From a candidate division WWE3 bacterium (GTDB taxonomy: Bacteria; Patescibacteriota; WWE3; JAPLWK01): a stretch of DNA of 43,272 bases. Positions 16,860 to 25,898 of the stretch are shown piece by piece. The notes beneath the pieces were generated by a model that was not told the origin of the DNA, ran no database searches, and was given only the letters and a program-made list of their open reading frames with translations. Each line of letters starts with the position of its first letter. Within the stretch, counting starts at the first letter, position 1. The translations under genes and the position numbers were made by a program. The stretch spans positions 1-43,272 of the forward strand of contig JAPLWK010000009.1 of assembly GCA_026396615.1 (NCBI GenBank). Reading direction: 5' to 3'.

Positions 16860-17492
16860 TTAAATTTTAGGCTCCTTATAAATCCAGACTTTAATTCCCA
16901 CTGTTCCAAAATATTTAAGGTTAGCCGTCGCTCCGGAGTAATCAATTGGCGCACGCAGTGTTTGCAAGGGCACTTTACCTTTGAATAAGCTCATTTGACG
17001 AGCAATTTTGGCGCCACCAATCCGACCTTTAGCCACAATTTTAATTCCTTGCGCGCCATGATCCATGGCCCGTTCTGCGGCCATATTTATGACGCGTTTA
17101 GTGGTCATTCGTCGCTCCAGTTGCCGGGCAATATCGGAAGCAACAATAGCGGCCGTGGATTCAGGATTTTTAACCTCTTCCACGGTTAAGGAGATTTTTG
17201 ATTTGCTAATAGCCTCTAAATCTTTTTTAATTAAGTCGGCCCCGCTACCACTCCGGCCAATTACCACTCCGGGCCGAGAGACTCGAACAGTGGCCTTAGC
17301 AATCCCCACACTGCGCTCGATCTCAACACCCGCCAGACCGGCGTTAATTAATTTTTCGGCTAAATATTTGCGTATTTTTTGGTCTTCTAAAAGATTAGCA
17401 ATAAAATCACGGCCTGGAACACCAAACCAACGAGCACTCCAGCTTTTATTAACACCCACTCGAAAGCCAATAGGATTAACTTTTTGACCCAT
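16860..17492 (-). CDS. rpsC: 30S ribosomal protein S3
   Basis: 210-aa ORF starting [13 protein letters not shown]... Confidence 0.95.
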   Translation of the reverse strand: MGQKVNPIGFRVGVNKSWSARWFGVPGRDFIANLLEDQKIRKYLAEKLINAGLAGVEIERSVGIAKATVRVSRPGVVIGRSGSGADLIKKDLEAISKSKISLTVEEVKNPESTAAIVASDIARQLERRMTTKRVINMAAERAMDHGAQGIKIVAKGRIGGAKIARQMSLFKGKVPLQTLRAPIDYSGATANLKYFGTVGIKVWIYKEPKI

Positions 17493-17860
17493 TATTTAGC
17501 CTCCTTTTTGGTTGTTGAAACCTCGGTGACGGACACAGTGATATGAGAAGTTGGCTTGTGAATGGTATTCATTCGACCGCGCGAAGCGGCTTTGGCTCGT
17601 TTCATCGGAGTCCCTTGATCAACCAAAACTTTAGCAATTTTAAGATTTTCCAATTTAACGCCACTATCTTTTGCCGAAGCGACGGCGCTATTTAGAGTCT
17701 TAAGGAGAAGGAAAGCGCCCTTGCGAGGGCTAAAAGTCAGAATCCGTTTGGCTTCAATAACACTTTTACCAAGCATTAAATCCGCCATTAAGCGAACTTT
17801 CTTTTGCCCTGTACGACGATCATTTAATTTTGAGGTAAAAGTGGCATTCATAATTATCAT
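17492..17860 (-). CDS. rplV: 50S ribosomal protein L22
   Basis: 122-aa ORF with an ATGA overlap with the rpsS stop and conserved order. Confidence 0.9.
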   Translation of the reverse strand: MIIMNATFTSKLNDRRTGQKKVRLMADLMLGKSVIEAKRILTFSPRKGAFLLLKTLNSAVASAKDSGVKLENLKIAKVLVDQGTPMKRAKAASRGRMNTIHKPTSHITVSVTEVSTTKKEAK

Positions 17861-18183
17861 TTCTTAGCCGGTGTTTTAGGAGCGGCCGTAACTGGTGCCC
17901 CGGCGGTAGTTGGCTTTTCTACACCCTTTTTACTGTGACCTCTAAAAGTTCGGGTTAATGAGAATTCACCTAATTTATGGCCCACCATCGCTTCTGTAAC
18001 GAAGACCGGAACGTGAGTTCGACCATTGTGAACCCCAAAAGTAAGGCTTACCATTTCCGGAGAAATAGAAGAACGACGGCTCCAAGTTTTAATAACCGCC
18101 TTATTACCTTCGTTTTTAGCTTTTATAACTTTGGCCTGTAACTTCTCATCGACGTACGGGCCTTTGGCTGCAGATCTTGACAT
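17857..18183 (-). CDS. rpsS: 30S ribosomal protein S19
   Basis: 108-aa ORF with ...[16 protein letters not shown]... and an Ala/Pro/Lys-rich C-terminal tail. Confidence 0.95.
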   Translation of the reverse strand: MSRSAAKGPYVDEKLQAKVIKAKNEGNKAVIKTWSRRSSISPEMVSLTFGVHNGRTHVPVFVTEAMVGHKLGEFSLTRTFRGHSKKGVEKPTTAGAPVTAAPKTPAKK

Positions 18184-18185
18184 AA

Positions 18186-19016
18186 TTAATCAATTCTCCG
18201 ATCTTTAATAATAAAACGGCTGGTTTGCTTACGAACTCGAGTTTTCTTGCCTAAAGCCGGCTTACCCCACGGCGTTTTCGGACCAGGCATTCCAATACCA
18301 CTGCGGCCCTCACCACCACCATGCGGGTGAGAATTAGGATGCTGAGCGACACCGCGGACTGTTGGGCGAATGCCTAAATGGCGACTGCGACCGGCTTTAC
18401 CTAAAGTCCGATTCTTGTGATCGGCATTGCCAACTGTTCCAATCGTGGCGCTGCACTTTCCATTAACCTGGCGAACCTCACCACTCGGTAATTTAATGTT
18501 AACCATACCATTATCGGCTGACATTAAAATTGCGGAGGTGCCTGCCCCCCGCACCATAATGCCGCCTTTTCCCGGCACTAACTCAATATTATGAATCAAG
18601 GTACCTAAGGGAATATTTAATAAAGGTAGGAAGTTACCAACGGTGGCCGGAGCCGTGGGACCGTTTTGAACAAACGAGTCAACTTTTAACCCCTGCGGGG
18701 CTATAATATAACGTTTTTCGCCGTCTTTGTAAACAACTAAAGCAATATTTGCGCTGCGGCCGGGATCGTATTCGATCGTAGCCACTCGGGCAGGCACTTC
18801 TAGCTTTTCGCGTTTAAAATCAACCATTCGCAACATCTTCTTGGCGCCTCGTTCTTTGTGACGAGTGCTAACGCGGCCACCAGACCGACCAGGCACTCCG
18901 GTATATGGCATTAACAGTGATTTTTCGCCGCCTTTTTTGACGGTAATTTCATCATCTACGGCTTTAACGTAGAAGCGACGGGATGAAGTGGTGGGTTTAC
19001 TGTATTTAAGTGACAT
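18186..19016 (-). CDS. rplB: 50S ribosomal protein L2
   Basis: 276-aa ORF with ...[29 protein letters not shown]... Confidence 0.95.
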   Translation of the reverse strand: MSLKYSKPTTSSRRFYVKAVDDEITVKKGGEKSLLMPYTGVPGRSGGRVSTRHKERGAKKMLRMVDFKREKLEVPARVATIEYDPGRSANIALVVYKDGEKRYIIAPQGLKVDSFVQNGPTAPATVGNFLPLLNIPLGTLIHNIELVPGKGGIMVRGAGTSAILMSADNGMVNIKLPSGEVRQVNGKCSATIGTVGNADHKNRTLGKAGRSRHLGIRPTVRGVAQHPNSHPHGGGEGRSGIGMPGPKTPWGKPALGKKTRVRKQTSRFIIKDRRID

Positions 19017-19019
19017 ATA

Positions 19020-19325
19020 TTAACTACTCTTCTTATTAATAAAATCCAATTTCTGGCCGGTTTTTAAAGTCACAATCGCTTTTTTTAAAGCCTGAGTCTT
19101 ATATTGAACTCGAGATTTTTGAATGGAACGTTTAATTTTTCGAGAAATTATCAAAGTTTGAATCGAAACCACGTCAACATCTAAAATCTTTTTTAAAGAT
19201 TCTCTAATTTCATTTTTAGTAGCTAATTTATTTACTAAAAAAGTATATTGTGGTGAGCTTGTCGAACCAGCAGCGACAGTTTTTTCGGAAATTAAAGGTT
19301 TTATAATTACTTTAGTTAAATTCAT
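19020..19325 (-). CDS. rplW: 50S ribosomal protein L23
   Basis: 101-aa ORF located between rplD and rplB. Confidence 0.9.
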   Translation of the reverse strand: MNLTKVIIKPLISEKTVAAGSTSSPQYTFLVNKLATKNEIRESLKKILDVDVVSIQTLIISRKIKRSIQKSRVQYKTQALKKAIVTLKTGQKLDFINKKSS

Positions 19326-19326
19326 A

Positions 19327-19947
19327 TTAATTTAAAAACTTCTTGGCGGCAGCCGTACTTAAGATAATCCAAGGTGACGAGATAATATCATAAGCATTAA
19401 AAGATTCTAGGGCTTTCATATTAATATCGGCTAAATTACGAGAACTCTTAGCTAATGTATCTTCTGTTTTCGCCGAAATAACCAGGGTAAAAGGTGATTT
19501 GGCAACGATTTTACCAAAAGTGGTTGATATTTTACGGCTACCAATTTTAGCCGGGAGGCCGGCGATTACCGCTACTTTACTCGAGTTAATCTTATCACTT
19601 AGAGCCATCTTAAAGGCTGCGGTTCGCATTTTATCAGGAATTGTGGCATTGTAATCGTGAGCGACCGGCCCGTGAGCTACCCCACCATGACGCCAAATAG
19701 GCGATCTGGTTGATCCGGCCCGCGCCCGCCCGGTGTGCTTTTGTTTCCACGGTTTCTTGCCACCACCGGAAACGTCACCGCGGGTTTTAGCGTTGGCATT
19801 TCCCTGACGCTGATTAGTTTGATAAACCCGAATTACTTGCGACAATAAATCCTGGTTTACCACTTCCGGTAAAGCAACGCTGACAGTATAATCAGCCATT
19901 TTTTCGCCGTCGATATTAAATTGAGGTACTGTAAGTATGTTTCCCAT
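19327..19947 (-). CDS. rplD: 50S ribosomal protein L4
   Basis: 206-aa ORF with ...GGGKKPWKQKHTGRARAGSTRSPIWRHGGVAHGP... Confidence 0.95.
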   Translation of the reverse strand: MGNILTVPQFNIDGEKMADYTVSVALPEVVNQDLLSQVIRVYQTNQRQGNANAKTRGDVSGGGKKPWKQKHTGRARAGSTRSPIWRHGGVAHGPVAHDYNATIPDKMRTAAFKMALSDKINSSKVAVIAGLPAKIGSRKISTTFGKIVAKSPFTLVISAKTEDTLAKSSRNLADINMKALESFNAYDIISSPWIILSTAAAKKFLN

Positions 19948-19949
19948 AA

Positions 19950-20390
19950 TTAGTTCTTCCCAATCTCCAAGATTACAGGGCCGTTATAAGCCCCCGGCAC
20001 CGGACAAGCCACCAATAAAGTTTTGGCGATTTTATCTTTCTTTAGAATTTCAATGCCGGTTAAAGTTACCCTATCGTTACCCATTCGGCCGGCACGGCGT
20101 TTACCTTTGTAAACGCGACCGGGAGTAGTGGTTTGGCCACTGCTGCCGGGATGGCGTTCGCGATCGCTCTGACCGTGTGTCGCCGGCCCACCGTTAAAAT
20201 GATAGCGTTTAACAACTCCGGCAAAGCCCTTACCTTTAGAAATACCGCTTAAACGAGTAATTTCTGTAACCTCATCTAAAATATCCGGAAAATCAGCTAA
20301 CTTAACGTAAGTGCCGATCCGAACTTTTCCGGTATCCTCAAAAATTTGAGTCATATTAAGTTTTGTGCCGGTTAAAATCAAGATCGCCAT
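19950..20390 (-). CDS. rplC: 50S ribosomal protein L3, short form (146 aa)
   Basis: It has ...MTQIFEDTGKV... at the N-terminus and ...SKGKGFAGVVKRYHFNGGPATHGQSDRERHPGSSG...PGRVYKGKRRAGRMG... About 55-60 residues normally found between these two blocks are absent. Confidence 0.85.
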   Translation of the reverse strand: MAILILTGTKLNMTQIFEDTGKVRIGTYVKLADFPDILDEVTEITRLSGISKGKGFAGVVKRYHFNGGPATHGQSDRERHPGSSGQTTTPGRVYKGKRRAGRMGNDRVTLTGIEILKKDKIAKTLLVACPVPGAYNGPVILEIGKN

Positions 20391-20404
20391 ATTTTAAAAT
20401 TTAA

Positions 20405-20420
20405 TCCGCCATTTGGCGGA
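20405..20420 (-). other. GC hairpin 14 nt upstream of the rplC start, within an unusually long S10-L3 spacer
   Basis: TCCGCC-aaat-GGCGGA followed by TTAAATTTTAAAAT and then ATG. The spacer 20391-20530 is 140 nt and very AT-rich. Confidence 0.35.
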
Positions 20421-20530
20421 CTTAAATCTCCTAAGACGCGCTATTAAGTATCAAGTATAAAGTCTAATTATTAATAATCCCGTTAATTTAGACCTTATAC
20501 TTAATATTAATATCATCTAGTTGATTAAAG

Positions 20531-20842
20531 TCACATCTTCAGTTCAATCCCCACCCCGGCCGGGAGATTCAAATGAGATAACTGATCGATTGTTTGAGCA
20601 GTCGGTTCTAAAATATCAATAAGTCTGCGGTGCGTTCTAATTTCAAAATGGTCACCGCTTCTTTTGTCGATGTGTGGGCCTTTAATAACGGTAAAGTGTT
20701 CCCGATCGGTTGGTAGAGGCACGGGACCAACTACTTTAGCGCCGGTCCGAATCGCCGTATCTACAATCTTTTCCGCACTCTGATCAATGATGCGGTTATC
20801 ATAAGAACTTAATTTTACTCGAATCCGTCCTTTTGTGGCCAT
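20531..20842 (-). CDS. rpsJ: 30S ribosomal protein S10
   Basis: The track ORF was trimmed to [22 protein letters not shown]..., the canonical S10 N-terminus. Confidence 0.95.
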   Translation of the reverse strand: MATKGRIRVKLSSYDNRIIDQSAEKIVDTAIRTGAKVVGPVPLPTDREHFTVIKGPHIDKRSGDHFEIRTHRRLIDILEPTAQTIDQLSHLNLPAGVGIELKM

Positions 20843-20858
20843 AGTCTTTAGTACCAAA

Positions 20859-20879
20859 TCCTCCCGATTATCGGGAGGA
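20859..20879 (-). terminator. hairpin between tuf and rpsJ (partial terminator or attenuator)
   Basis: Perfect 9-bp stem TCCTCCCGA / TCGGGAGGA with a 3-nt loop, followed by TTTGGT on the minus strand. Confidence 0.4.
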
Positions 20880-20901
20880 CAGGTCGATCTAATTCTTTAA
20901 A

Positions 20902-22080
20902 TTAACTAATAATCTTAGTAACTACACCGGAACCGACAGTCTTGCTACCTTCACGAATGGCAAAACGGAGACCATCTTCAACAGCGACCGGAGTAATTAA
21001 CTTCACGTGCATCTTAGCATTATCACCAGGCATTACCATTTCAACTCCGATTGGTAATGTAATTTCTCCGGTAACATCTGTCGTTCTCATGTAAAACTGA
21101 GGACGGTAACCCGAGAAAAACGGTGAATGACGGCCACCCTCATCCTTGGTAAGAATATAAACCTCAGAATCAAATTCTGAAGCCGGTTTAATGGATCCGG
21201 GTTTAGCCAGAACTTGGCCGCGTTCGATACCTTCGCGCTCCACTCCCCGCAGAAGAATTCCAACGTTATCGCCAGCTTGGGCTTCCTGCATTGATTTGTG
21301 GAACATTTCAATTCCGGTAATGACGGTCTTAACGGTGGGACGAATACCCACGATTTCGGCATCATCGTTAAGATCAATCTTGCCTCGCTCAATACGACCG
21401 GTAGCCACAGTACCCCGACCGGCAATCGAGAAGATATCTTCGACCGGCATTAAGAACGGTTTTTCTAAATCCCTGGTCGGCGTTGGAATATAGCTATCGA
21501 CGGCATCTAATAGCTCGGCAATGGCTTTTTGAGCCTCGAGATCTCCCTCCAAAGCCTTTAAAGCGCTACCACGGATGATTGGAGTATTAGCACCATCATA
21601 GCCCTGCTTAGTTAACAGTTCCCTAACTTCCATTTCGACCAAGTCTAAAAGTTCAGCGTCCTTGACCATGTCGGTCTTGTTCATAAAAACAACCATGGAA
21701 GGAACGTTTACCTGACGCGCGAGCAGTATATGCTCTTTGGTTTGTAACATTGGACCATCGGGTGCTGAGACAACGAGAATTGCTCCATCCATTTGAGCGG
21801 CCCCGATAATCATGTTTTTAATGAAATCGGCGTGTCCTGGACAGTCAACGTGGGCGTAATGCCGCTTGTCGGTTTCGTATTCCACGTGAGCGATGTTAAT
21901 AGTAATACCGCGAGCTTTTTCCTCGGGAGCGCTATCAATTTTATCGTAGGCTTTAAACTCAGCCTGACCTTTACCGGACAGGTATTTGGTAATAGCGGCG
22001 GTAAGAGTCGTCTTACCGTGATCAACGTGACCGATGGTGCCTACATTTACGTGAGGCTTATTCCGAACGAATTCGGGCAT
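20902..22080 (-). CDS. tuf: translation elongation factor Tu
   Basis: 392-aa ORF with the [14 protein letters not shown] and NKTD motifs. Confidence 0.97.
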   Translation of the reverse strand: MPEFVRNKPHVNVGTIGHVDHGKTTLTAAITKYLSGKGQAEFKAYDKIDSAPEEKARGITINIAHVEYETDKRHYAHVDCPGHADFIKNMIIGAAQMDGAILVVSAPDGPMLQTKEHILLARQVNVPSMVVFMNKTDMVKDAELLDLVEMEVRELLTKQGYDGANTPIIRGSALKALEGDLEAQKAIAELLDAVDSYIPTPTRDLEKPFLMPVEDIFSIAGRGTVATGRIERGKIDLNDDAEIVGIRPTVKTVITGIEMFHKSMQEAQAGDNVGILLRGVEREGIERGQVLAKPGSIKPASEFDSEVYILTKDEGGRHSPFFSGYRPQFYMRTTDVTGEITLPIGVEMVMPGDNAKMHVKLITPVAVEDGLRFAIREGSKTVGSGVVTKIIS

Positions 22081-22251
22081 AACTTTCCTTTCGATCGTTT
22101 GGAAATTTTAAGGCGCGTCAAAGCCTAAAATCTACAGTCGATCTATCTTAGAGATTTAAAAAAAGCGGCGTAAAATCCAATATTATTCGGTCAAAATTCT
22201 TGATCGAACACTACTGATTTTTAACTAAGCGACGTGATAGGCCGCTCCATT

Positions 22252-24333
22252 CTACCTCTTCTCAACAGTCAATGCAATACTATCCGGAACTTCGGCGTAA
22301 TGACTAGGCTCCAAAGTAAAAGAGGCTCGACCTTGAGTCATGCTCCGCAGCTCAGTAGCATAACCAAACATGGAGGACATTGGCACTTTAGCTTGAATGG
22401 CCTTGGCATTACCACGAGCTTCGGTGCCTTCGATTTGACCGCGACGCGAGGAAATATCACCAATAACGTCTCCCAGAAATTCTTCCGGAGTCACCACGTC
22501 TAAATTCATAATTGGTTCCAAGAGGACCGGATTGGCTTTTTTACAGCCATCACGAAAAGCTTCGATAGCGGCAATTTTGAAAGCCATTTCGGAAGAGTCG
22601 ACTTCGTGAAAAGACCCATCATATAGAGCAACGCCGACATCGACGATCGGGTAACCGGCCATAACTCCGCGATCAAGAGCTTCTTTAACTCCTTTTTGCA
22701 CCGCCGGAATAAATTCTCTGGGAATGGAGCCGCCCACCACTTCATCTTTAAATTCAAAGCCTTCGCCGCGAGCCCGAGGGTATAAACGAATCCAGACGTG
22801 ACCATATTGACCGTGGCCCCCGGATTGCCGAATATACTTACCTTCTTGTTCGGCCTCGGCTCTAATAGTTTCTCGATAGGCCACCATTGGCTTCCCAACA
22901 CTAGCGTCCACTTTAAATTCACGCTTCATGCGATCCACTAAAATTTCTAAATGAAGTTCGCCCATTCCGGAAATAAGGGTTTGACCAGTTTCGGAGTCGG
23001 TGCGAATCTTAAACGTTGGGTCTTCTTCTGCCAGATGATGCAGGGCCATACCCATTTTTTCCTGATCGGCTTTGGTTTTGGGCTCAATGGCCACGGAGAT
23101 GACCGGATCCGGAAATTTAATAGTGTCTAGCACCATGGGATTTTTAGGATCACACAGCGTCTCACCGGTAAAAGTATTTTTTAACCCCACGGCCGCTCCA
23201 ATTTCTCCGGCTCCGAGTTCCTTAATTTCTTCACGATGATTGGCATGCATTAATAAAAGACGAGACAACCGTTCGTCCTCATTTTTATTACTATTATAAA
23301 TGTAAGATCCAGCTTGAACCTTACCACTATAGATTCTAAAATAGGTTAAACGACCGACAAAAGGATCAGTTTGAATCTTAAAGGCTAAGGCCATAAAAGG
23401 GCCATTTTCATCGGCAATTAGAGGAACGGTAGTCCCATCTTCTTTTGTGGCAATAACGGCCGGACGGTCGAGCGGTGACGGTAAATAGTCAAGAACCGCG
23501 TCCAACATTAATTGGACCCCTTTATTTTTAAGAGCGCTACCACAAAGCACCGGCTTTAAAACCGAGCTAATGGTAGCTTTTCGCAGGGCCACTTTGAGTT
23601 CCGGAATGGTAATTTCAGTACCGGCAAAAAACTTGTTAAGTAGTGTGTCGTCAGTTTCAGCAATGGCTTCGACCAGTTGAGCCCGATATTCTTTGGCTTC
23701 GGCTGCAAATTCTTCGGGAATTTCGGCTTCAATGATAGTTTCCCCTAAATCACCCTCAAAGGTGATCGCTTTCATTTTTATTAAATCAATAATGCCCCGA
23801 AAGTTATCCTCCAGGCCCATTGGAATTTGAAGAACCGCCACTTTAGCTCCCAGACGATCAACAATACTGGCGACATCGAATTTAAAATTAGCCCCCATCC
23901 GATCCAATTTATTGATAAAACAAAGTCGAGGTACATTAAAGCCATCGGCTTGACGCCAGACCGTTTCGCTTTGCGGTTCGACACCGGAAACGCCATCGAA
24001 GAGGACAACGCCGCCATCAAGAACGCGTAAAGAACGTTGCACTTCAGCGGTGAAATCGACGTGGCCAGGGGTATCAATGATGTTGATGCGATAATCTTTC
24101 CAAAAACAAGTGGTAGCGGCGGAGGTGATAGTGATGCCCCGTTCGCGCTCCTGATCCATCCAATCCATCTGAGTATCGCCATAGTGTACTTCGCCGATTT
24201 TGTGAGTTTTACCGGTGTAATAAAGAACTCGCTCAGTAGTCGTGGTTTTACCGGCATCAATATGAGCGATAATGCCGATGTTGCGAACGTGATCAAGTGG
24301 GTATTCTTTTGTGTTTTGATTTATCTCGGCCAT
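22252..24333 (-). CDS. fusA: translation elongation factor G
   Basis: 693-aa ORF with the [14 protein letters not shown] and NKLD motifs. Confidence 0.97.
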   Translation of the reverse strand: MAEINQNTKEYPLDHVRNIGIIAHIDAGKTTTTERVLYYTGKTHKIGEVHYGDTQMDWMDQERERGITITSAATTCFWKDYRINIIDTPGHVDFTAEVQRSLRVLDGGVVLFDGVSGVEPQSETVWRQADGFNVPRLCFINKLDRMGANFKFDVASIVDRLGAKVAVLQIPMGLEDNFRGIIDLIKMKAITFEGDLGETIIEAEIPEEFAAEAKEYRAQLVEAIAETDDTLLNKFFAGTEITIPELKVALRKATISSVLKPVLCGSALKNKGVQLMLDAVLDYLPSPLDRPAVIATKEDGTTVPLIADENGPFMALAFKIQTDPFVGRLTYFRIYSGKVQAGSYIYNSNKNEDERLSRLLLMHANHREEIKELGAGEIGAAVGLKNTFTGETLCDPKNPMVLDTIKFPDPVISVAIEPKTKADQEKMGMALHHLAEEDPTFKIRTDSETGQTLISGMGELHLEILVDRMKREFKVDASVGKPMVAYRETIRAEAEQEGKYIRQSGGHGQYGHVWIRLYPRARGEGFEFKDEVVGGSIPREFIPAVQKGVKEALDRGVMAGYPIVDVGVALYDGSFHEVDSSEMAFKIAAIEAFRDGCKKANPVLLEPIMNLDVVTPEEFLGDVIGDISSRRGQIEGTEARGNAKAIQAKVPMSSMFGYATELRSMTQGRASFTLEPSHYAEVPDSIALTVEKR

Positions 24334-24348
24334 ATGTCAGTACGGGGA

Positions 24349-24378
24349 GTTATAGCAAAAGAGACTAGTGGCTGTCAA
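24349..24378 (-). promoter_or_regulatory. sigma70-like promoter for fusA-tuf
   Basis: On the minus strand: TTGACA (24378-24373), 18 nt, TATAAC (24354-24349). The ATG lies 15 nt downstream and there is no SD. Confidence 0.45.
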
Positions 24379-24395
24379 TGGTTGGGGTGTAAAAA

Positions 24396-24424
24396 TTGTG
24401 TTTAAACTTTGTAAGTGCTATATT
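24396..24424 (+). promoter_or_regulatory. sigma70-like promoter for the orphan plus-strand gene
   Basis: TTGTGT (24396-24401), 17 nt, TATATT (24419-24424). The leader contains the hairpin TTCGAT-gcgaa-ATCGAA and a GGAG SD. Confidence 0.45.
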
Positions 24425-24480
24425 TCCGCCATTCGATGCGAAATCGAAAAACAAAGGAAGATAACGAAGGAGATTAGAAA

Positions 24481-24948
24481 ATGTCAGCGATAGTAGTTAA
24501 CGTGGGAGATCTGTTTTATTTAACAAAAACCTCTCACAAACATCTGGATGGCAGTTATACTCCCGGCATATTGGTACAACTAGGAATAATGTGGTTCCAG
24601 CAAAAAAACAGCAGTAAATCGCAGGAAGTAAAAAGAGCTGTTGATTATATTAAACCTGGGATCGTTGAGGTAGCTAGGTATGAGATCCATTCGGCAGCGG
24701 CGGCTCGTAAACTCAACTGCACGCTTGATCAATTTGTGAAAGCCTGGCCTAGTGTCATTAACCGAATAACTGAAATCGAGTTACCAGGAGTAACTATGAC
24801 GCTAAGATGCAACCCTAAATACCCACATGCCTCTTTTAGTTTTGGATTTCTGGGATTCATGGCTCAATTAGGGTTGAATGAATTGAGAGAATTGTCACAG
24901 CAACTCATTGAAACTTTCAATCTTGATCCAAACGAGACGTGTCTGTAA
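24481..24948 (+). CDS. hypothetical protein inserted between rpsG and fusA on the opposite strand
   Basis: 155-aa ORF with GGAG 8 nt before the ATG, its own promoter-like boxes and a strong hairpin terminator. No domain was recognised. Confidence 0.6.
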   Translation: MSAIVVNVGDLFYLTKTSHKHLDGSYTPGILVQLGIMWFQQKNSSKSQEVKRAVDYIKPGIVEVARYEIHSAAAARKLNCTLDQFVKAWPSVINRITEIELPGVTMTLRCNPKYPHASFSFGFLGFMAQLGLNELRELSQQLIETFNLDPNETCL

Positions 24949-24971
24949 AAAACTAAGTAGGGTTTCGTAGC

Positions 24972-25010
24972 AAGCCTGTTTGAATAAACACCAAACAGGC
25001 TTCTTTATTT
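24972..25010. terminator. hairpin terminator between the convergent orphan gene and rpsG
   Basis: AAGCCTGTTTG (24972-24982), 9-nt loop, CAAACAGGCTT (24992-25002), followed by CTTTATTTT on the plus strand. Confidence 0.75.
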
Positions 25011-25477
25011 TAGAATTTAAAGTGGGCGAAGGCTTTGTTGGCTTCAGCCATCCGGTGGACGTCATCGCGCTTTTTAATGGCAGCACCAGTGTTGTTTAAA
25101 GCATCTTTAATTTCTAAGAAAAACTTTTCCTCAAACGGTTTACCTTTACGGGCCCGAGCGGCAGTGACCATCCAACGCAGAGCTAAAGCCTCACTGCGCT
25201 CATGCTTTAATGGCATAGGCACTTGATAATTAGCTCCACCAACCCGCCGGCTACGCACTTCCATTTTTGGCATCACTAATTTAACAGCCTGCTCAAATTG
25301 CGTGGCCGCTTCCTTTGTGTCTGGCGACAAACGAGCAAGTGCCGCGTAGATTAAGCGTTTGGCAGTGGCTTTTTCCCCACCCCGCATCACGAGTGACAGT
25401 AAACGAGTCACTACCCGCGATTTATAAACGGAGTCGAGTTCTTTAGGTTTTTTGTTAATAATTCCTGAACGTGACAT
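25010..25477 (-). CDS. rpsG: 30S ribosomal protein S7
   Basis: 155-aa ORF with ...EVRSRRVGGANYQVP... and str-operon order. Confidence 0.95.
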   Translation of the reverse strand: MSRSGIINKKPKELDSVYKSRVVTRLLSLVMRGGEKATAKRLIYAALARLSPDTKEAATQFEQAVKLVMPKMEVRSRRVGGANYQVPMPLKHERSEALALRWMVTAARARKGKPFEEKFFLEIKDALNNTGAAIKKRDDVHRMAEANKAFAHFKF

Positions 25478-25481
25478 AATA

Positions 25482-25898
25482 TTATTTAACCTTCGGCCGT
25501 TTGGTGCCGTAATTACTGCGTTCTCGCTTTCGGCCTTCCACTCCCGCTAAATCGTAATGCCCTCGAATAATAGTAAAGCGCACTCCCGGTAGATCTTTGA
25601 CGCGGCCACCGCGCACCAGGACCACTGAGTGTTCCTGCAGATTATGGCCTTCCCCAGGGATATAAGCGGTAACTTCTTTATTGTTAGAGAGACGTACCCT
25701 GGCCACTTTTCGTAAAGCCGAATTTGGCTTTTTAGGGGTCATGGTTTTAACAGCCAAACACACCCCTCTTTTGAACGGGGCCGGAGCCACTTTTAAATGG
25801 CGGGTCCGGGAGTTATAGACCTCTTTTAAGGCCTTAACTTTGGAGCGTTTTTTAATGGTAACTCGGCCCTTGCGGACCAATTGGTTAATTGTTGGCAT
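25482..25898 (-). CDS. rpsL: 30S ribosomal protein S12
   Basis: 138-aa ORF starting [12 protein letters not shown]... and containing ...[16 protein letters not shown]... Confidence 0.95.
   Translation of the reverse strand: MPTINQLVRKGRVTIKKRSKVKALKEVYNSRTRHLKVAPAPFKRGVCLAVKTMTPKKPNSALRKVARVRLSNNKEVTAYIPGEGHNLQEHSVVLVRGGRVKDLPGVRFTIIRGHYDLAGVEGRKRERSNYGTKRPKVK

Noticed and set aside
17065-17487. A long plus-strand ORF (140 aa) and many similar track ORFs lie inside conserved genes. Examples are 5554..6021, 11235..11528, 13565..13855, 21191..21493, 21793..22128, 22506..22922, 23781..24296, 25889..26275, 28511..28819 and 30512..30766.
   Set aside because: All lie entirely within strongly conserved CDSs (r-proteins, ftsK, tuf, fusA, rpoB/C), either antisense or in alternative frames. 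They have low-complexity or biased composition and are shadow ORFs.
20391-20530. A 21-codon ORF (MILILSIRSKLTGLLIIRLYT) lies in the S10-L3 spacer.
   Set aside because: It has no SD or -10 geometry and is a product of AT-rich sequence. It is most likely non-coding.
15313-20533. An alternative genetic code (UGA recoded, as in some candidate phyla) was considered.
   Set aside because: Conserved genes such as rplX (TGA at 15313-15315), rpsS (17857-17859) and rpsJ (20531-20533) terminate at TGA at their expected lengths. The standard code 11 therefore fits.
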